Source of the DNA: Heptranchias perlo
Taxonomy: Eukaryota
DNA length: 64,000 nucleotides
NCBI RefSeq assembly: GCF_035084215.1
Contig: NC_090354.1
Span: forward strand, 3,410,001-3,474,000
Reading direction: 5' to 3'
Position 1 is the stretch's first letter. Each line of letters opens with the position of its first letter. The notes beneath the pieces were generated by a model. The model searched no databases, was not told where the DNA came from, and worked only from the letters and a program-made list of their open reading frames with translations. Shown here in pieces: positions 39,148 to 52,837 of the stretch. The translations under genes and the position numbers were made by a program.

Positions 39148-39553
39148 CGGAGTTTATATGTAATTTCTTCATCCACGGATAAACCACAGGCTCTTTGGAA
39201 CAAGGAGTGTTTTGGTTGCTGAAGTTCTGGCTGCAAGAGGGCGGTGGGCTTGGAGTCACCGAGACATACTGGTGGCCATGCTTGGCTAAGTGGTTCTGCA
39301 GGCCGGTCTGCGATTGTACGTGACCCCTAGGCGCCACGACTTGCTCGCCCGAGCCCTGGAGGTTGCTGCAAGAGGAGTAAGGCTGCTCGCCGTACGCTGA
39401 CCGCGGGTACATCGCCTCATGCTGGAACCCGGACTCCCGTGCCCGGGTATAGTATTCCGGAGAATGGCTTGGTAGGTAATTGTTCTGTGAATACTCTTCA
39501 CACGGTGGAAATTTAGGGTCCACATAGTTAGAGTTAATCAAAAACGAACTCAT
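39148..39553 (-). CDS. HOXB4: HoxB4 coding exon 1
   Basis: MSSFLINSNYVDPKFPPCEEYSQ; hexapeptide VVYPWMKK; donor TCCG|GTGAGT at 39148/39147. 406+320 = 726 nt (241 aa). Confidence 0.95.
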
Positions 39554-39624
39554 GACCTTTAATATCTGAAATGCAAAATAACTCAAAATTTTTTCTAACC
39601 CAGCCGTTTTTTCCTGTTCCCTAA

Positions 39625-39720
39625 ACCCTCCTACTTTACTGTCAAGTGAACAAAGTTAGGCGTTCATGTGACACAGGCAGCCAATGGCAGGTTCCGTTCG
39701 ATTCCCGGATAAGGAAATAG
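39625..39720 (-). promoter_or_regulatory. HoxB4 promoter / conserved PG4 leader
   Basis: Minus strand TTGTTCACTTGACAGTAAAGTAGGAGGG; E-box CATGTG at 39665-39670; CCAATGGC at 39681-39688; CCGGATAAGGAAAT block. Confidence 0.75.
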
Positions 39721-40981
39721 AATTGGACGCTGAATGCTCCCAAGCATCTCCTCTAAACAGTTTTTGATTACAGCTTTGAATGTATGTTTTTTTCCCCCTG
39801 AAACTTAGCAACTTTGCAAATAGGTTTTCTTTGCTTCAAGTCCGTTAAACAGACTTGAGGTCGACCAGACGTTTCTATGTTATGTGCATCAATGAGTTTG
39901 TTGCTAGTCGATATGAATCAAATTTTTTTTAATTGAGTCAGTTTTTTTAAAAGCATGAAATAGGATCTGATATGTTAGAATCTATACGTGGCTTGTAAAT
40001 CTTTTTGTAATCGCGATGCTAACGCCTTCGCAGAGCTTGGGGAGGGGGAAGGCGTTTTGGCTGGCAAAGATAAATCGGGCTGCTTTGGATCAATAGAAAA
40101 TTCATCAACTAATTCAGGTCACCTAAGTCAACAAATTACATTTAGAGGTGCATTAGACGGACGATTTTCACCCAGAATATCCCTTGTTGAAACGATTCCG
40201 CTCGAATCATCCCCGCACCAACAAACCACGCACAATTATAAGATAGAATCATTTCACAGGTGACAACCACACGGATGTCTAAACGAAGTTGCCCATGTTC
40301 GATTAAAAACATCATGGCAAACTGTGGAAGGAATGTTAACACATTTTGTCTCGTTGCTACATTGAATCGCTTTCGTTGGCTAAAATTAAAAATGGTCAAC
40401 ATATTTCAATTGAGCTGAAACATCCCTTTATTTTTGAAATCGCCCTGTTTGTGAATTTCAGAGATTAGTTAAGAATATGAGACTGATAACTGTTAAGTTT
40501 TATTTAAAATGATACATATAAAACTGAGGAAAAAGACACAAATAACTGGAATTAAATAATTGAAGATGTTCATGTACTTTTAATCTATTGTAGACTGTAA
40601 TACAATGCACAGCAAACGACATGCGTGGGGGCTTCGAAATGATTAATTTCTAAGTCATAACAAACCCTTTAAATCTGACCATTTCTAAACGGAGGAATGC
40701 GCGGGATTATCGAAAAAGGTAACAGTTACATTCCATATTTAAATGACGTAACAAATATAGCACGAGAGAGTGCTGAGAGTTTTTGCAACAAGACAAAAAA
40801 GGAAAAAGGACAGCACGCTATTACAAGCACCAATCTCACCCGCAGAACCAGGTAGATGAACACTATGTTTCGGTTTTATTTATTTAAATATATTATCGAT
40901 TTGTAGAAAGAAAGAAGATTCTAGACGTAAGCATATTCTTCTGTCTTCGGGTTGAATGTTGTAGCGTTTGTGTCGACTACA

Positions 40982-41044
40982 TACTCCCCTAGATACGAAT
41001 TTGTGACCACAACTTTGTCAACACAAATTCGGATCTACAGGGTA
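40982..41044 (-). ncRNA. MIR10A: pre-miR-10 (miR-10a type)
   Basis: Mature UACCCUGUAGAUCCGAAUUUGUG at 41044->41022; star CAAAUUCGUAUCUAGGGGAGUA at 41003->40982. Canonical position between Hox4 and Hox5. Confidence 0.98.
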
Positions 41045-43150
41045 TATATAGAGGACAGACATATATTTTTTCCGAATTTATGTAGCCCAGAGACGTTCAA
41101 GAGCATCCATGTAAATGCACACACACCATTGAACCAAGTGTATATATTTGTATTATATATGTATATACACAACTTGAGTGAGGATCCGGTTCTTCGATTT
41201 CTTTCAGTGATTTGTAATGCAATTTATGTATCTTTTTATACATCGAAATGTGAGTCGTACAGTTTTGCAAATGCATAGAAAGCAATGTCAGTTAATTCGG
41301 AACCAAGTATTCTGCAAGAATCCAAAAAATTCACTTCCAGGCCAAACTTGGAACCATCTCACCAGTAAACACTTTATATATAACCGTTAGAAAAGAGGCC
41401 AAGTCACATGTGATACTTCTCCAAAAGTTTGCTCACAGCTGCAACAGGGACAAAGAAATTTTCTTTATATTTAATTTATTCAGGAGCAGTGGATGAGCTT
41501 CCACGCAGTGGCTATATAAATCTTACAGTAGACATTGGGGAAACCATATATCCTCCTCCCCCGTGATAAATTCTTGTAAAAGAAAGAACGTAACTGTGGC
41601 CTACTTGGGCTGATTTATATTTGTGTAGCACATCGCCCAAGTAGTGGGAACTAAACGACCAACTAAAATGACCTCAGTACTTTTCTTCAGGGGAACACAT
41701 TGTGAGATTTTTTTTCTTAAATAGAATGGCTGCCATAAATTGTCCATAAAATTATATCTTAAAAACTTTGCCAATCTAAATCCATTTGCGAAGGAGAAAC
41801 AGAAATACCAAATGTCTTAAACACAAACACGTTTGTGAATAAGGACAATGTTGTTTATGTAAACTGTATCAAAGAACCTGATTTCCGGGCGATAGTAATA
41901 AAACGTGAAAATGATGCAGAGACTATACCCCCCGCATGTCAAAAGAGTTTATGACTTTAAAAAAAACTTCTCTCTTAAAGGTCTAACTTCACAATGATTT
42001 TGATCACGATCTTTAATTATCCAAAAAAAAACAGAAGCAGAATTTTATATAATGTTACATTTATCTAATATCATTGGCCCTTACAGTTGTGTCTTTAAAC
42101 AGGTTTTCACTATCACTGCAGTTAAAAAGGAAACGTAGAGCCTTTCCAAAAGTGTCTTTTCATAAAAGATAAACCCGGTGCTTTGTTTGACTCGCTGTAA
42201 TAAAAATGTCGACATTTCGGAAGTTTGGAAGATGAATATATTTACTGTCCCCTATCTGCTCTGCATTTCAAAGGAAATTCGCTTTAGATTGCTATCCTAA
42301 CAGAGGATGCAAACAGCAGCGGGATGGGGGAGGCCTGTTCCCCCTCCTGTTCGTAGCGTGCCATAGGGGAAGTGAAACGCAGGCCACAACCTAACTGTAG
42401 TAAAGGACTCACTACTGCCAAAGATAGTAACTTAAACAAGTAAACATACAAACACTGTCAACATACTAACCATTAAAAATTAGCAGCATTGACATAAAAT
42501 CAACATTGTTCGTATCTTTACAATTAAATGATTGCAATTAATATAGAATTACTAGTGTTTAAACCACGTATTCTGATCATTTATTTTGCACAGTTAAATT
42601 GTGATATTCTGTCTTAAATACAGTCTTACACACACCTCTCTCCACATCGCACCCCCACCACCCCCACCCCTCCCTAGATATATACGTTGGGGTTAGTTCA
42701 AGGCTAAACATGTCACCAAGTATTCCTACGTCCTAGCATAGTTTTCCGATTGCGTTAAATCACATACATACCCTCACACAAACAAAAAAACCCTTTGTGT
42801 TTCTTCCTCTACATTCTCAAAATGTACATTACAGGACGCGTCGGTTTGGGCTTTGCAAAAAAAAATCGAACAGAGAGGTCGAAAATACCAACTTCAACAT
42901 AAACATATTCGTTCTCCTTTGTCTGTTCTTGCACTGATAACATCTAGTTAGAGTAACGCTTTCCAGCAGCCCTCTATTTTTTTCCCATTCGAAATGCCTA
43001 GCAGCTTTTTAAGAAGTGGCCGAGCAGCGGCCTGGTGAACATTTTGTTTTCTCCCCTCAGTTTTCGTATTAATCTCATACACTGACAGTCTTTGTTAAAC
43101 ACCAAGGCGTGCCCTGCGTCCCAGTACATTTTAATATTTGTTAGACGCTT

Positions 43151-43167
43151 TGACCTGAGTTTCACCC
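43151..43167 (-). promoter_or_regulatory. Hox4 upstream DR5 RARE (B4U type)
   Basis: GGGTGA-AACTC-AGGTCA, 3.6 kb upstream of the HoxB4 ATG and 5' of miR-10. Confidence 0.82.
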
Positions 43168-44476
43168 CGCTCTTGGACTCTCCCCCTCTACAAGTTCTAT
43201 AGTATGGATAGGTCTCTCAGTCATATTGAATTTTGCTCAGGTCATTACGTTTGAGAAAAATAGCAAGGCAGGAGTTTACCCAAAACAGCATTAAGGCGCT
43301 GGAAATTCTCTCAAGCATAGCATGTTCTGTGATTCCATTAGCATCAAATATTTATTATAGAAGTCACAATTCTGGTCTTCTATAGGCTGCTGCGCACCCA
43401 GATTCCAATTTGAATAACAAAAGTAATTAATAGATCTGTTTTCTTGTGCATGCTTAGTTTACATTAATATAAAACGTTCTTTTTTGCAGTTACATATTTC
43501 ATATATTGCTACATTGAATTAGTCAAAGAATAACATCAAGGGATAAGGCATCAGGCGAATAAAAAGTCCCAGCACTTTTCACATTTTATATATATGTGTA
43601 TGTGTGTGTAACAGCGAATTCATTTAATTTCGTGGAAACGATTGTTTTAACACGTCAGAGGATTTTCTAATTAAAACTAACGACTATGCCCCTCACTCGA
43701 CACAACCCCCTCCAGGCAAATGTCAGCAAATTTCTTCATGAACTTATAGTCAAACATGCTCAAATTATATTTCATTTTCCCCTCCATTTTCTCCTGATGC
43801 AATTTCCATCTATTAACAAATGAGTAAAACCGTGTCCACATAGAGTTAAACATGGAGATGAAATAAGGAAAGGTTCAAATATTTTAAAATTCCACCATGT
43901 TATTTAATATACAAAGTACAAATTCCAATTCCATGCGCAGGGTATGGTGAATGTTGTTTTGAGAGAATGTTTCAGTTAAGAGTGGCGTGTTTATCTACAC
44001 CTATAGAATCCATTTTTGTCAGCCCAATGTTCTCGGTGCAATTTATTGTTTAATTCATATGTTTTGTTGGACATTGCACATATTAACATATTATTATTTG
44101 ACGTTAAATGATATAAACATCCTTATGCTGCTGTTCATTGTTTTTGTTCACGATTACTTACCATCCCCCACAAAGAAAAGCCTGTAAGTTACAAAAGCTA
44201 TATTGGCTTAATATAGTGAATTCAAAACTTTAAAGTAAACAGGTATCAGAAGGGACGTTGATATAAAATACATAACATTTATGAAAAGTCAATTTCATGA
44301 AAAAAAGAAGGTAAATGTGATTTCAGTGAATATGATTTTTGCACCAATCCAGAATCTAGATAACACTCCTACAAACAATGCTTTGCCACAGAATGTAAAC
44401 CGAGACAAAATATTTCTTATGCAGAAAGTATTATTGTATTCCTTTTATATCGGAGGGGGAAAACGAAACTTATAAT

Positions 44477-44586
44477 CCATATATTACAGCAGCAACTACA
44501 CTTCAAAAGTACTTCATTAGCTGTAAATGCGTTTTGGGACGTCCCGAGGCCGTGAAAGGCGCCATATAAATGCAAGTTCTTTCTTT
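44477..44586 (+). mobile_element. 5'-truncated shark-type DeuSINE (SacSINE1-like) 3' tail
   Basis: attacagcagcaactacacttcaaaagtacttcattagctgtaaatgcgttttgggacgtcccgaggccgtgaaaggcgccatataaatgcaagt followed by (TTCT)n. This matches the LINE-derived tail of elasmobranch SINEs as I recall it. Confidence 0.78.
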
Positions 44587-47500
44587 ATGTAATGCACAAA
44601 TAGGTTCTGCAAGACATATGCATAATCTAATCATTGCTAAATTCGCTTAAAATCGATTAGTATTAATGTTATCCATGGTAATTGAAAAGGATAACTGTGC
44701 ATACTTTGTTGCCTTTGGAAAAACTTCTTAAAAGTATGCAGTATACATATTAATTTCACGCTTATATTGTTACAAAATGCATTTGTTTCAATGTGGACGC
44801 CATACAAAATAGAAAGAGAATAAGCTGCCCCGATTTCCCCCCTCTCTGTCTAAAAATGTGTGTTTAGAAATACGTTTAGACGTTTGCCACACAAATTGCT
44901 CATTCAAACATTCAAAATTTAAGGGTCTGTATATTTACTTTGAAAAGATTTATTGCAGAATAACTAAAGTGTAAACAGATTTAAAACGTGTTCGATGCGC
45001 CGAATGACCCCAAACACAGTGCCTTGCAGACAGATTTAAATAGTTTACTTTGTCTAAATGATCGGAGTAGGGCCTATGGCTTGTAGATTTTTCGTGCAAC
45101 TTTTAAAAAAAATTGGTGCGTTGGTGTGAGATACGGACCAGCAACACGCGTATTAATGATAATTAAAGGCGATTGACACCGAGCTCATTTTACATTTGAT
45201 TTGAGACCTATGGGGAGAAGCTAGATCAATCTTATATTTTTTCCTATTGTAAAATTTGATCAAAATTCCCTGAATCTTCATGGATAGACACTAAAAGAAA
45301 ACCCTTAATCCTGGGGATCTATAAGGGGGCAACATGAAAAAAAAAACTGAAGCAAATACATGGAGAAATGAAAGAGGTTAACCTTTTCCTGTTTGCGAAT
45401 ATGCAGTATAATTCTAGGGTCTAGTATTCCTCCCTTTAGTGACTTACTTTGCTTTATGTGGTACTTTAAAACCCAGAAATCGTCAATCAATTGCAAAAAC
45501 TCTGGGTCTACTTTTATTTGACTCCCTGGTTCTATATTTCCCCATTTGTACATATATATGTAAACACTATTTATGCACGAAAGCATCGAGAATGTACATA
45601 TGAGTTCTTATTTTAAGTGTAATTTTCACACTAAGTTGTGTAATTTATATTTGACTCGATTCATCTTATGTCCTCTTGTCCTGATATAACAACAGGCATT
45701 TACTGTTCATCCTTACCGTCATGTCATCAATATTAAACAAAGCGTTTCTATTTCCATACACCTTGACTCTCAAATGATTTTAAAAGGAAAGCTGATTACA
45801 TCTGGCGGGAATTATTTGTCTCGTCCATTTGTGTTTTCAGAGACTCTTATAACCTATACCACAACCCTTTCCGTCGTGGATCTGGTGATTTCTATTTATT
45901 GTGCAGTGTGTCCTATAAAAGAGATCAATTAATCCTCCCTGTTTTTGCACAGATCGCGGTCAGGATAGTTAGCCGCACCCGCCCCCCACCACCTCTCTCT
46001 GTCTCTGTCTCTCGCCTTATTTTACATACTCTGAGGATTGTTCTTCATCGCTAAGCTCTACCTCCACTTCCACGTCTTACCTCGGTATCATTTTCTCATC
46101 TGTGCCAAGATCATCCCTTTTACCATTGACATCGAACTGGGTCTATCTAAGCAGACAACACCAAGTCACGCACGACGTAAACTTTTGACCCTCCACTTTT
46201 TGACCCCTTAGCTATAATGCTGTACTAACAAGCCCCCATGAACAGTTTCAACATCACAATCCTCAGACAGTATTGCTGTACAGTTTTTGTTTTCCCCCAC
46301 GAGGCTCGGTTTTTTAAAACTCAGCGCTGCTTCACTTAATACATATATTTTAGAAATCGAAAGATTTTGTTTAGATCCTGGAATTTCTTGAAAGTTGGTT
46401 TTGAACTCTTCAAGAAAGTATTTTTTTTTCTTACCGGCACAGTTTGAATGAATTTCTTTCATTATTCGTCAGGAAAAAAATACAAACTGAAAGGGTGAGT
46501 TTTGAAGAGATAAATGACTACAGCACTTAGAAACTGCTGATAGTGCATAAGTAGAAAATTTTGGGGAGATATCAAACAGACTCCTGCGACTCTGTTCTGC
46601 CAGATTAACTGCAATGGAAAGGCTGGTAAGCGCCGTGGCAGAAAGGAGACGCATAATGACTATGAACTTGGTCTGAAGCGGGCTCTGGTGGCGGATCTGA
46701 CACGTTACATGTGTAAAATAGTTCCCCAGATTCTGTTCATATTTATTTCCAATTCTGCCTTTAAGTCTGATTTTTATAGTGGGAAAATATCACAAATTAT
46801 TAGTAGCAAAAGTTTTTCGAAACCATTGTCAGTTTGTCTGTACTGTGCGTTCCGCGTAGACTGGCAGCAATCGTGACTTGTTTAATAAAACCTGAGTATA
46901 TTTAATATAAAGAAGCAGGTTATCAGAACAATCCCTCAAGAGACGAAGCATTAACAATGATTTTATATTATCTTTGTCATCAGATAGTGTAATAATTTCG
47001 GAAGTTTAAATGTAATCCAAAATTAAATTAAACTAAATTCAATTGAATTCAATTAAGTTATAGTATTGCACCGTAAATGGCGGAGAACGAATAGTATATT
47101 AAACAGTTCTGGGTATTTGTAATACTTTTTCAAACTAAACGAATAAGATGTTCTGTTGTGAAGTGTCTCGCTGAATAGCACTGCAAATGTCAGACATCAA
47201 CCTATCCTTTTTGTTTTAATCAATGGGGATTAACAAATCCGCACGGCCTGTGTACCATAAAAAACACTAGAGCATTTTCTAGAGTAGAAGAATTATTATG
47301 TAGCTTGATACCAATTATATTGCGGCTTTTAGTTTTTTGTTTCATTTTTCAATTTATTAAGTGAAGGAGATCAATCGAAAATAATGGTGCTCTGTAATTT
47401 AAGATCTCACCTTACGCCCGTGTTGCATTTAATTAGACCATGATATGTATGCTGGTCTCGCTTAGGTCGCACGTTCTGGAACAGGGTGCCGGTTTGTGGC

Positions 47501-50500
47501 CTAAAGTGATCCCAGTTACTGACGGTTGAAACCGCGGGGAAGAGTTAATGATAGCGTAAGGGATCTGAATGCTTTTATCTGTGTGCCTGCAACTAGATGT
47601 TTAATACGGCGTTATAATCATCTGACACCTTTATGGCTCCGTCGCGCGTTTATGTGACTGCCTTTTGTTCGCTTTCCCCCTAAATTACAACCTTAACCCA
47701 GTCCCCAAATCCGTCCACTGCCTATAAACACACCAGATGCAAACCACTTAAAAAGCTAAACAAAGAAAATGCATCACCTTTAGACTGTGCAGTTAACCTG
47801 ATAGGGACGGTTATCGATCCTGTACGTTTCTATGGAACAGATAATTCGCTTGTGATAATATCAGGAACAAATACATCTGTGTTAGAAGGGGGGAGAAACG
47901 ACACCACTTTCGCCGAAACCAAATTATTAATGTTACAGTTCACTATTGATTTGTACTATAAACGCTTGTGTCTGCGTCGATTTACAGAGAGGAAGGGAGG
48001 CCCGATAACCTTAAATAGATTGGGAATGGGTTGAATGGTTATTTGTGTTTTAGAATTAATTATGAAATATTTGCAACGCTTTTCCGTTCTAACAGAGTTA
48101 GCTCCAACTGGAACCTAAATCAGTATTTTTTCCACAATAGGAAAAATGCCAACCAATAATTGGTGCTATTTGATGTTCCCTTTTGTCCACTCAACTATGT
48201 TTTTCTTGGTTAAGATTGGTATATTTTACTTATGTACCAATATCTATAAAGAGCACGTGTATTCTTGCCTTTTTTGTAATTATTTATGCTCTATCAGTTT
48301 CTTTCTCACACTAATCATAAACTATTACACTAATGTATTTCCTGAGCACCATGCCTTCAAATCAGATTGAAAAACCTAAATGAAAGGCCAAGTGTAGGAC
48401 ACCATCAAGGCTGAAAAGAATAGTAGTTGGTTGATCGCGTATGAAGCGGATCTGAAATTGACAGATTATTTTGCTTCTGAGGAAAAAAATAAAGGTTACA
48501 AAAAACTTGTTTACCAACAAACTCGAAAACTTGTACCACTTTCGCCGTAATACTCTAAATCTACATGTAAAATATGCATTTAGAAGTCATAAAACGAATT
48601 GCATTAATTGTTGCTTTTTCCCATTTTACTGCAGGACATTAAAGGACAACCATTCAGTTATACCGGGCACTATGAATAAAATGAGAAATGGAACGCAATA
48701 CCACAATGTACTTCCTCCGTCAGGGATGTGTTTTCCTGTTTACCCTCTGGATTTCCTCAGCTATCAGCGCGGAAAAGCAATAAAAAGATGACAGAAACAT
48801 TTCGAAATTCTGAGAGAAAAAAAAACTTTTGACTCCTAACATTGACTTAAAAAGCTCCCGCCCCGCCTCCCCCCCCCACCCCCCTCAAACTTCACCGGAA
48901 ACGGCGAGAATTAAAAACTTGACAGGCGGATTCGAGGACTATGCCACAACACTGATTATCACAGGGTGAGAAACTTGACATTTACTGATGAGAAATGTCA
49001 AAATATAATTTTCTTCTTATTTATCTGCATTTCTCCTTAGACTGGTTTGTGACTGCACACGTAATCTTTACACTGTACCTCAAAATATGCAGACTAGCGT
49101 GACAGGAAGTCTAGTATAGTAAGGATGATATGCTTCCAATTTTACTTTGATAAAAGCACATGGTACAGTATCCAAGCTGTAACGTACAGTTTGCGCAGTA
49201 TATAAATAAAATGCGAATTATATTATATCACGTTAGTCTGTATTTGTTTGGGGTAATTCTTTACTGTGGGATCAAAGGACATCCGTTTGTGTTAAGAATC
49301 TCTTTAGCCTAATAAATTGATATAGCACCTATTCCCCTGTCTCTCACTTAAACTCGAAACCCCATAGGAAAAATTTTCGTATAAAAGTCTGTGCAACTTT
49401 CAATTAGTCGTACTTAAGAGTCACATTTCAAAACGATGACATTTATAGAGGCTAAAAGTCTATAATTCAAAGCTGACAGCAGTGAATAAGAGTTAAAGGC
49501 TGTAATTTAAAAGTAATGATTGAGTTTCGCATCTTTATCCTGAACTAATAAAGAAAGAATGGTGCACTTAATATTTTGAAAATATTTTGATAGTCCATCC
49601 TATGCTTCTTTTACAATTGGAGATGTGTGAAAAATACACCCCCATCCTATTTTAGACAAATATCTTAGGCTTTATGATACAGGTTAACCTTTCTGCTGTC
49701 CCCTTGTTCATCTTGAATACATTATGAGTTCACAAAATGTTCACTTAGGCCAAGGTCCGAAAATTCAGCCTAACCCAAACCTACTGATCGAGCGTCAAAA
49801 ACACCGAAGGTGAGGTAGGGGGAAGGGAGAGATAGAATTTAGCTACAAAATAATATTAAGGGCCTTTTTGAAATTCGATTCCACTGTAATATAGTCCTCA
49901 TTTTTTCACTAATCTTAGACAAAGATTGCGAGATAGTTATAAAAATATTTTTGGATGTGCCTTCCTTTAAACATTAAAACATTAGCGATAAATTTGAATC
50001 TTCTTAGTTTAACAAGATATATAATTATTATTCCTTCTGTTTTTAGCTAGTGGGAGAGTTAAAATTTCGAACGCTAATAAACCAAGGAAGTGTTTTAAAA
50101 ATAATAAAAAAGATGTCCTTGACTGCACACGACCTCCCTCAAAAGGCCGATTTCCTTTTTAAACAATATATGTAAACAACTACATTAGATTACATGAATC
50201 CACACGAGACAGTGTTGAACTGCCCGTGTTCCACCACAATGATTATTCCAGGGAAAAAGAACTTTGTTAATATTTTGAAAATAAAATGAAGTTAAGGCAG
50301 AAACGAAAGGACTCCGTCGAGGGTGAGTCACGTTCGTATCCGGATTATTAACTAGAGTAAACTTTGCATTGGATTAACAACTAGAACTGGGAACATATTT
50401 CAGCTCCCCCACCCCTTCCTCCTTCCCACAGTTAAACAGTTCAAATTCATATTTAAAGGACACTGCGTTTTATTCTTTGCTCTCAACCACAGATTAACAA

Positions 50501-52837
50501 ATCAAAAGCTAAAAACAAAGTAAATTATTGTCATGGAAAAATTCACGCAACAAACGAATTCTAAACCACACAATGAGTTTGCAGAACGTAAGGCGAGAGG
50601 TTATCAGAAAGTACAGCACCAGAGATACTTTCAAACAAACGAGAGCCGATATATATATATACTCTATTGCAATTCAATGTTACCTAATAAAACATTAGGA
50701 ACATTTAAATCTACTTAAGGACAATAATCGGTCGCTAGGAACGAGGCCTATTAATCCTGTCCACCATATCTTACGTTTCTTTACAGTTTGGGCCCATTGT
50801 ACTGGCTAAACTGAAGAAACAGATATTTATAAAAGCTACAATCTCAGCAGTACTGCCAATTAAACATTTTTAAAGATTTTTTTTTCATTTTTATAACTTC
50901 TCTGGGCCTTGCTGGCAGAAGCAGTACGCGCCGTAGTTAATAGTTCAGCGTAACTTACTTTGAGCTGTACAGTTCCATAAGATTTTAACTGTAGTCAGTA
51001 AGGATTTGGGACCCTATAGGTCTAGTAAAGGAGACCTGCTCGATTCCTGTAGAAGACTAGTCACGGTATACGCTTACAGACTGCAAACCCAGCCAGATAA
51101 AGTTCAGCGTCACTAACATTATACAGAATGTGAAATATATTGTACCTTGTCAACTCCCCAGAACCATAAAACTAACTTTAACGACCCCACGTGACTTTTG
51201 AGAGCCAGTAGGGGTATCTGCCTGCGGTATGGGCGATTTTTACGATCTAACTTTGAGATAAATACCCAATTCATTTGACATCCCAATGTCATACCGACTT
51301 CTTGTATATGTAGTTTGTTATATTCACAAGGGGAGCATGCACATTGCAGGATAGACCTAACATTTGCTGTGTGACTTATCAACTACCGATAAGCACTTGG
51401 ACGTTCTTTTGGTAAGTTGAGTTTAAACTAAACTAAGGTTTACCTGTTGCACAAAAATGAAGCTGGGTTTACAAAAGGAGCGCGTAGAGTTTGTTGTATA
51501 GACAAACTTTTAAACAGTACATCTTATTACTGTACAACTCTCTGGGGGCATGGCATAGAAATCTAGACCGAGGACCCTTCTATCGAATATACACAATAAC
51601 AGCTAATAGAAACCCGTCCTATTGAATTGTTCAAACAGATGTTAAGGGATTCAGCAAGATCCATAAATTCCAAAATGCAAGAAGTCAAATCACACAAATG
51701 CCGCCTTTAAAGTGTAGAGAGCAGCACACAGTGCCGCACGCAAAAAAAAAGGTAACTGTTAGATAACCTATAGGATTTAAGATGAAAGGTTAACTAAACA
51801 AGTCAGGTAAAGTCACATTCAAATAATATTTTATAGATTTAATTTTAAAAATATAAAACGAGAAGCAATCAATAGATGCCAATGAATGAAAATGCATTAT
51901 GTGCGCTGATAATGTGACTTTAAAGCCAACCTTTTATAAAATGCAAGTAGTACATGGAGTTAAGATATCACAAAACACGTAGCATTATTCAAACATAACA
52001 CGTCTGAAAGTATTTAATGTATTAGATACTAACAATAGGTATTCCCCAGACACAGTAGAACGTATTATACCGAGTAATAAGATGCCAGTTAATATACAGT
52101 CAACATATTACACTACAGAGATCAGGGGTGGTTATGAGAAACTTTTACTTTATTTCGAATTAAGCTACAAACAAATACAAAAAGCTTGTTGGCAACGTAC
52201 TGTAGGAGCTAGACATAGCTGTCGTTGATATCCACAGAAAATGTGCCATTCATCACTCTGCCCATTACAGACTATCTATAGGCAACATTATAAACTTTTT
52301 TTTGTATTATTTACAACCATTATAACTCACTAAATAATCGTGTACAATCATCGCTGATTTTAGAATCTATCCACATGTATTAACAATGATTAGAATTCTA
52401 CATGGAATTTCGACTTACGGACGTTGCTTAAAATCACGGACAGCATTAAGGACAGAAACTTACAAGAAGGTGTATATATTTTTGAAAGGTGATAGTGCAA
52501 GAGCAAAGATAATAGCTTTTTATCAGCGTGGGGGAGGGAAGGAAGATCAAATTGTACAACTTGTGTCAATTATAAATAAGTTATACCATTTACAATCCAC
52601 AAAAACCATGCTACTTTTTCAAGAAAGCACCAACAGTTCACTGACACAGACATATGTAAGACAGCAACAAGCATTTAACAGCGAAAGGACAACACAACAG
52701 AATAAAATTTTAAAAAAATTGTTAGCAGTACCACAGAAAAGTTTAAGTCATCTTTAATATTTAACAACACGCGGGAAAAAAGGTGCCTCGCTGTACAGTA
52801 CTGGTGCACGGTGTCTTTTATTTTTACATTTTATTTG

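Noticed and set aside
46181-46208. Short direct repeat with two TGACCC half-sites 9 bp apart
   Set aside because: Non-canonical spacing; most likely a small tandem duplication.
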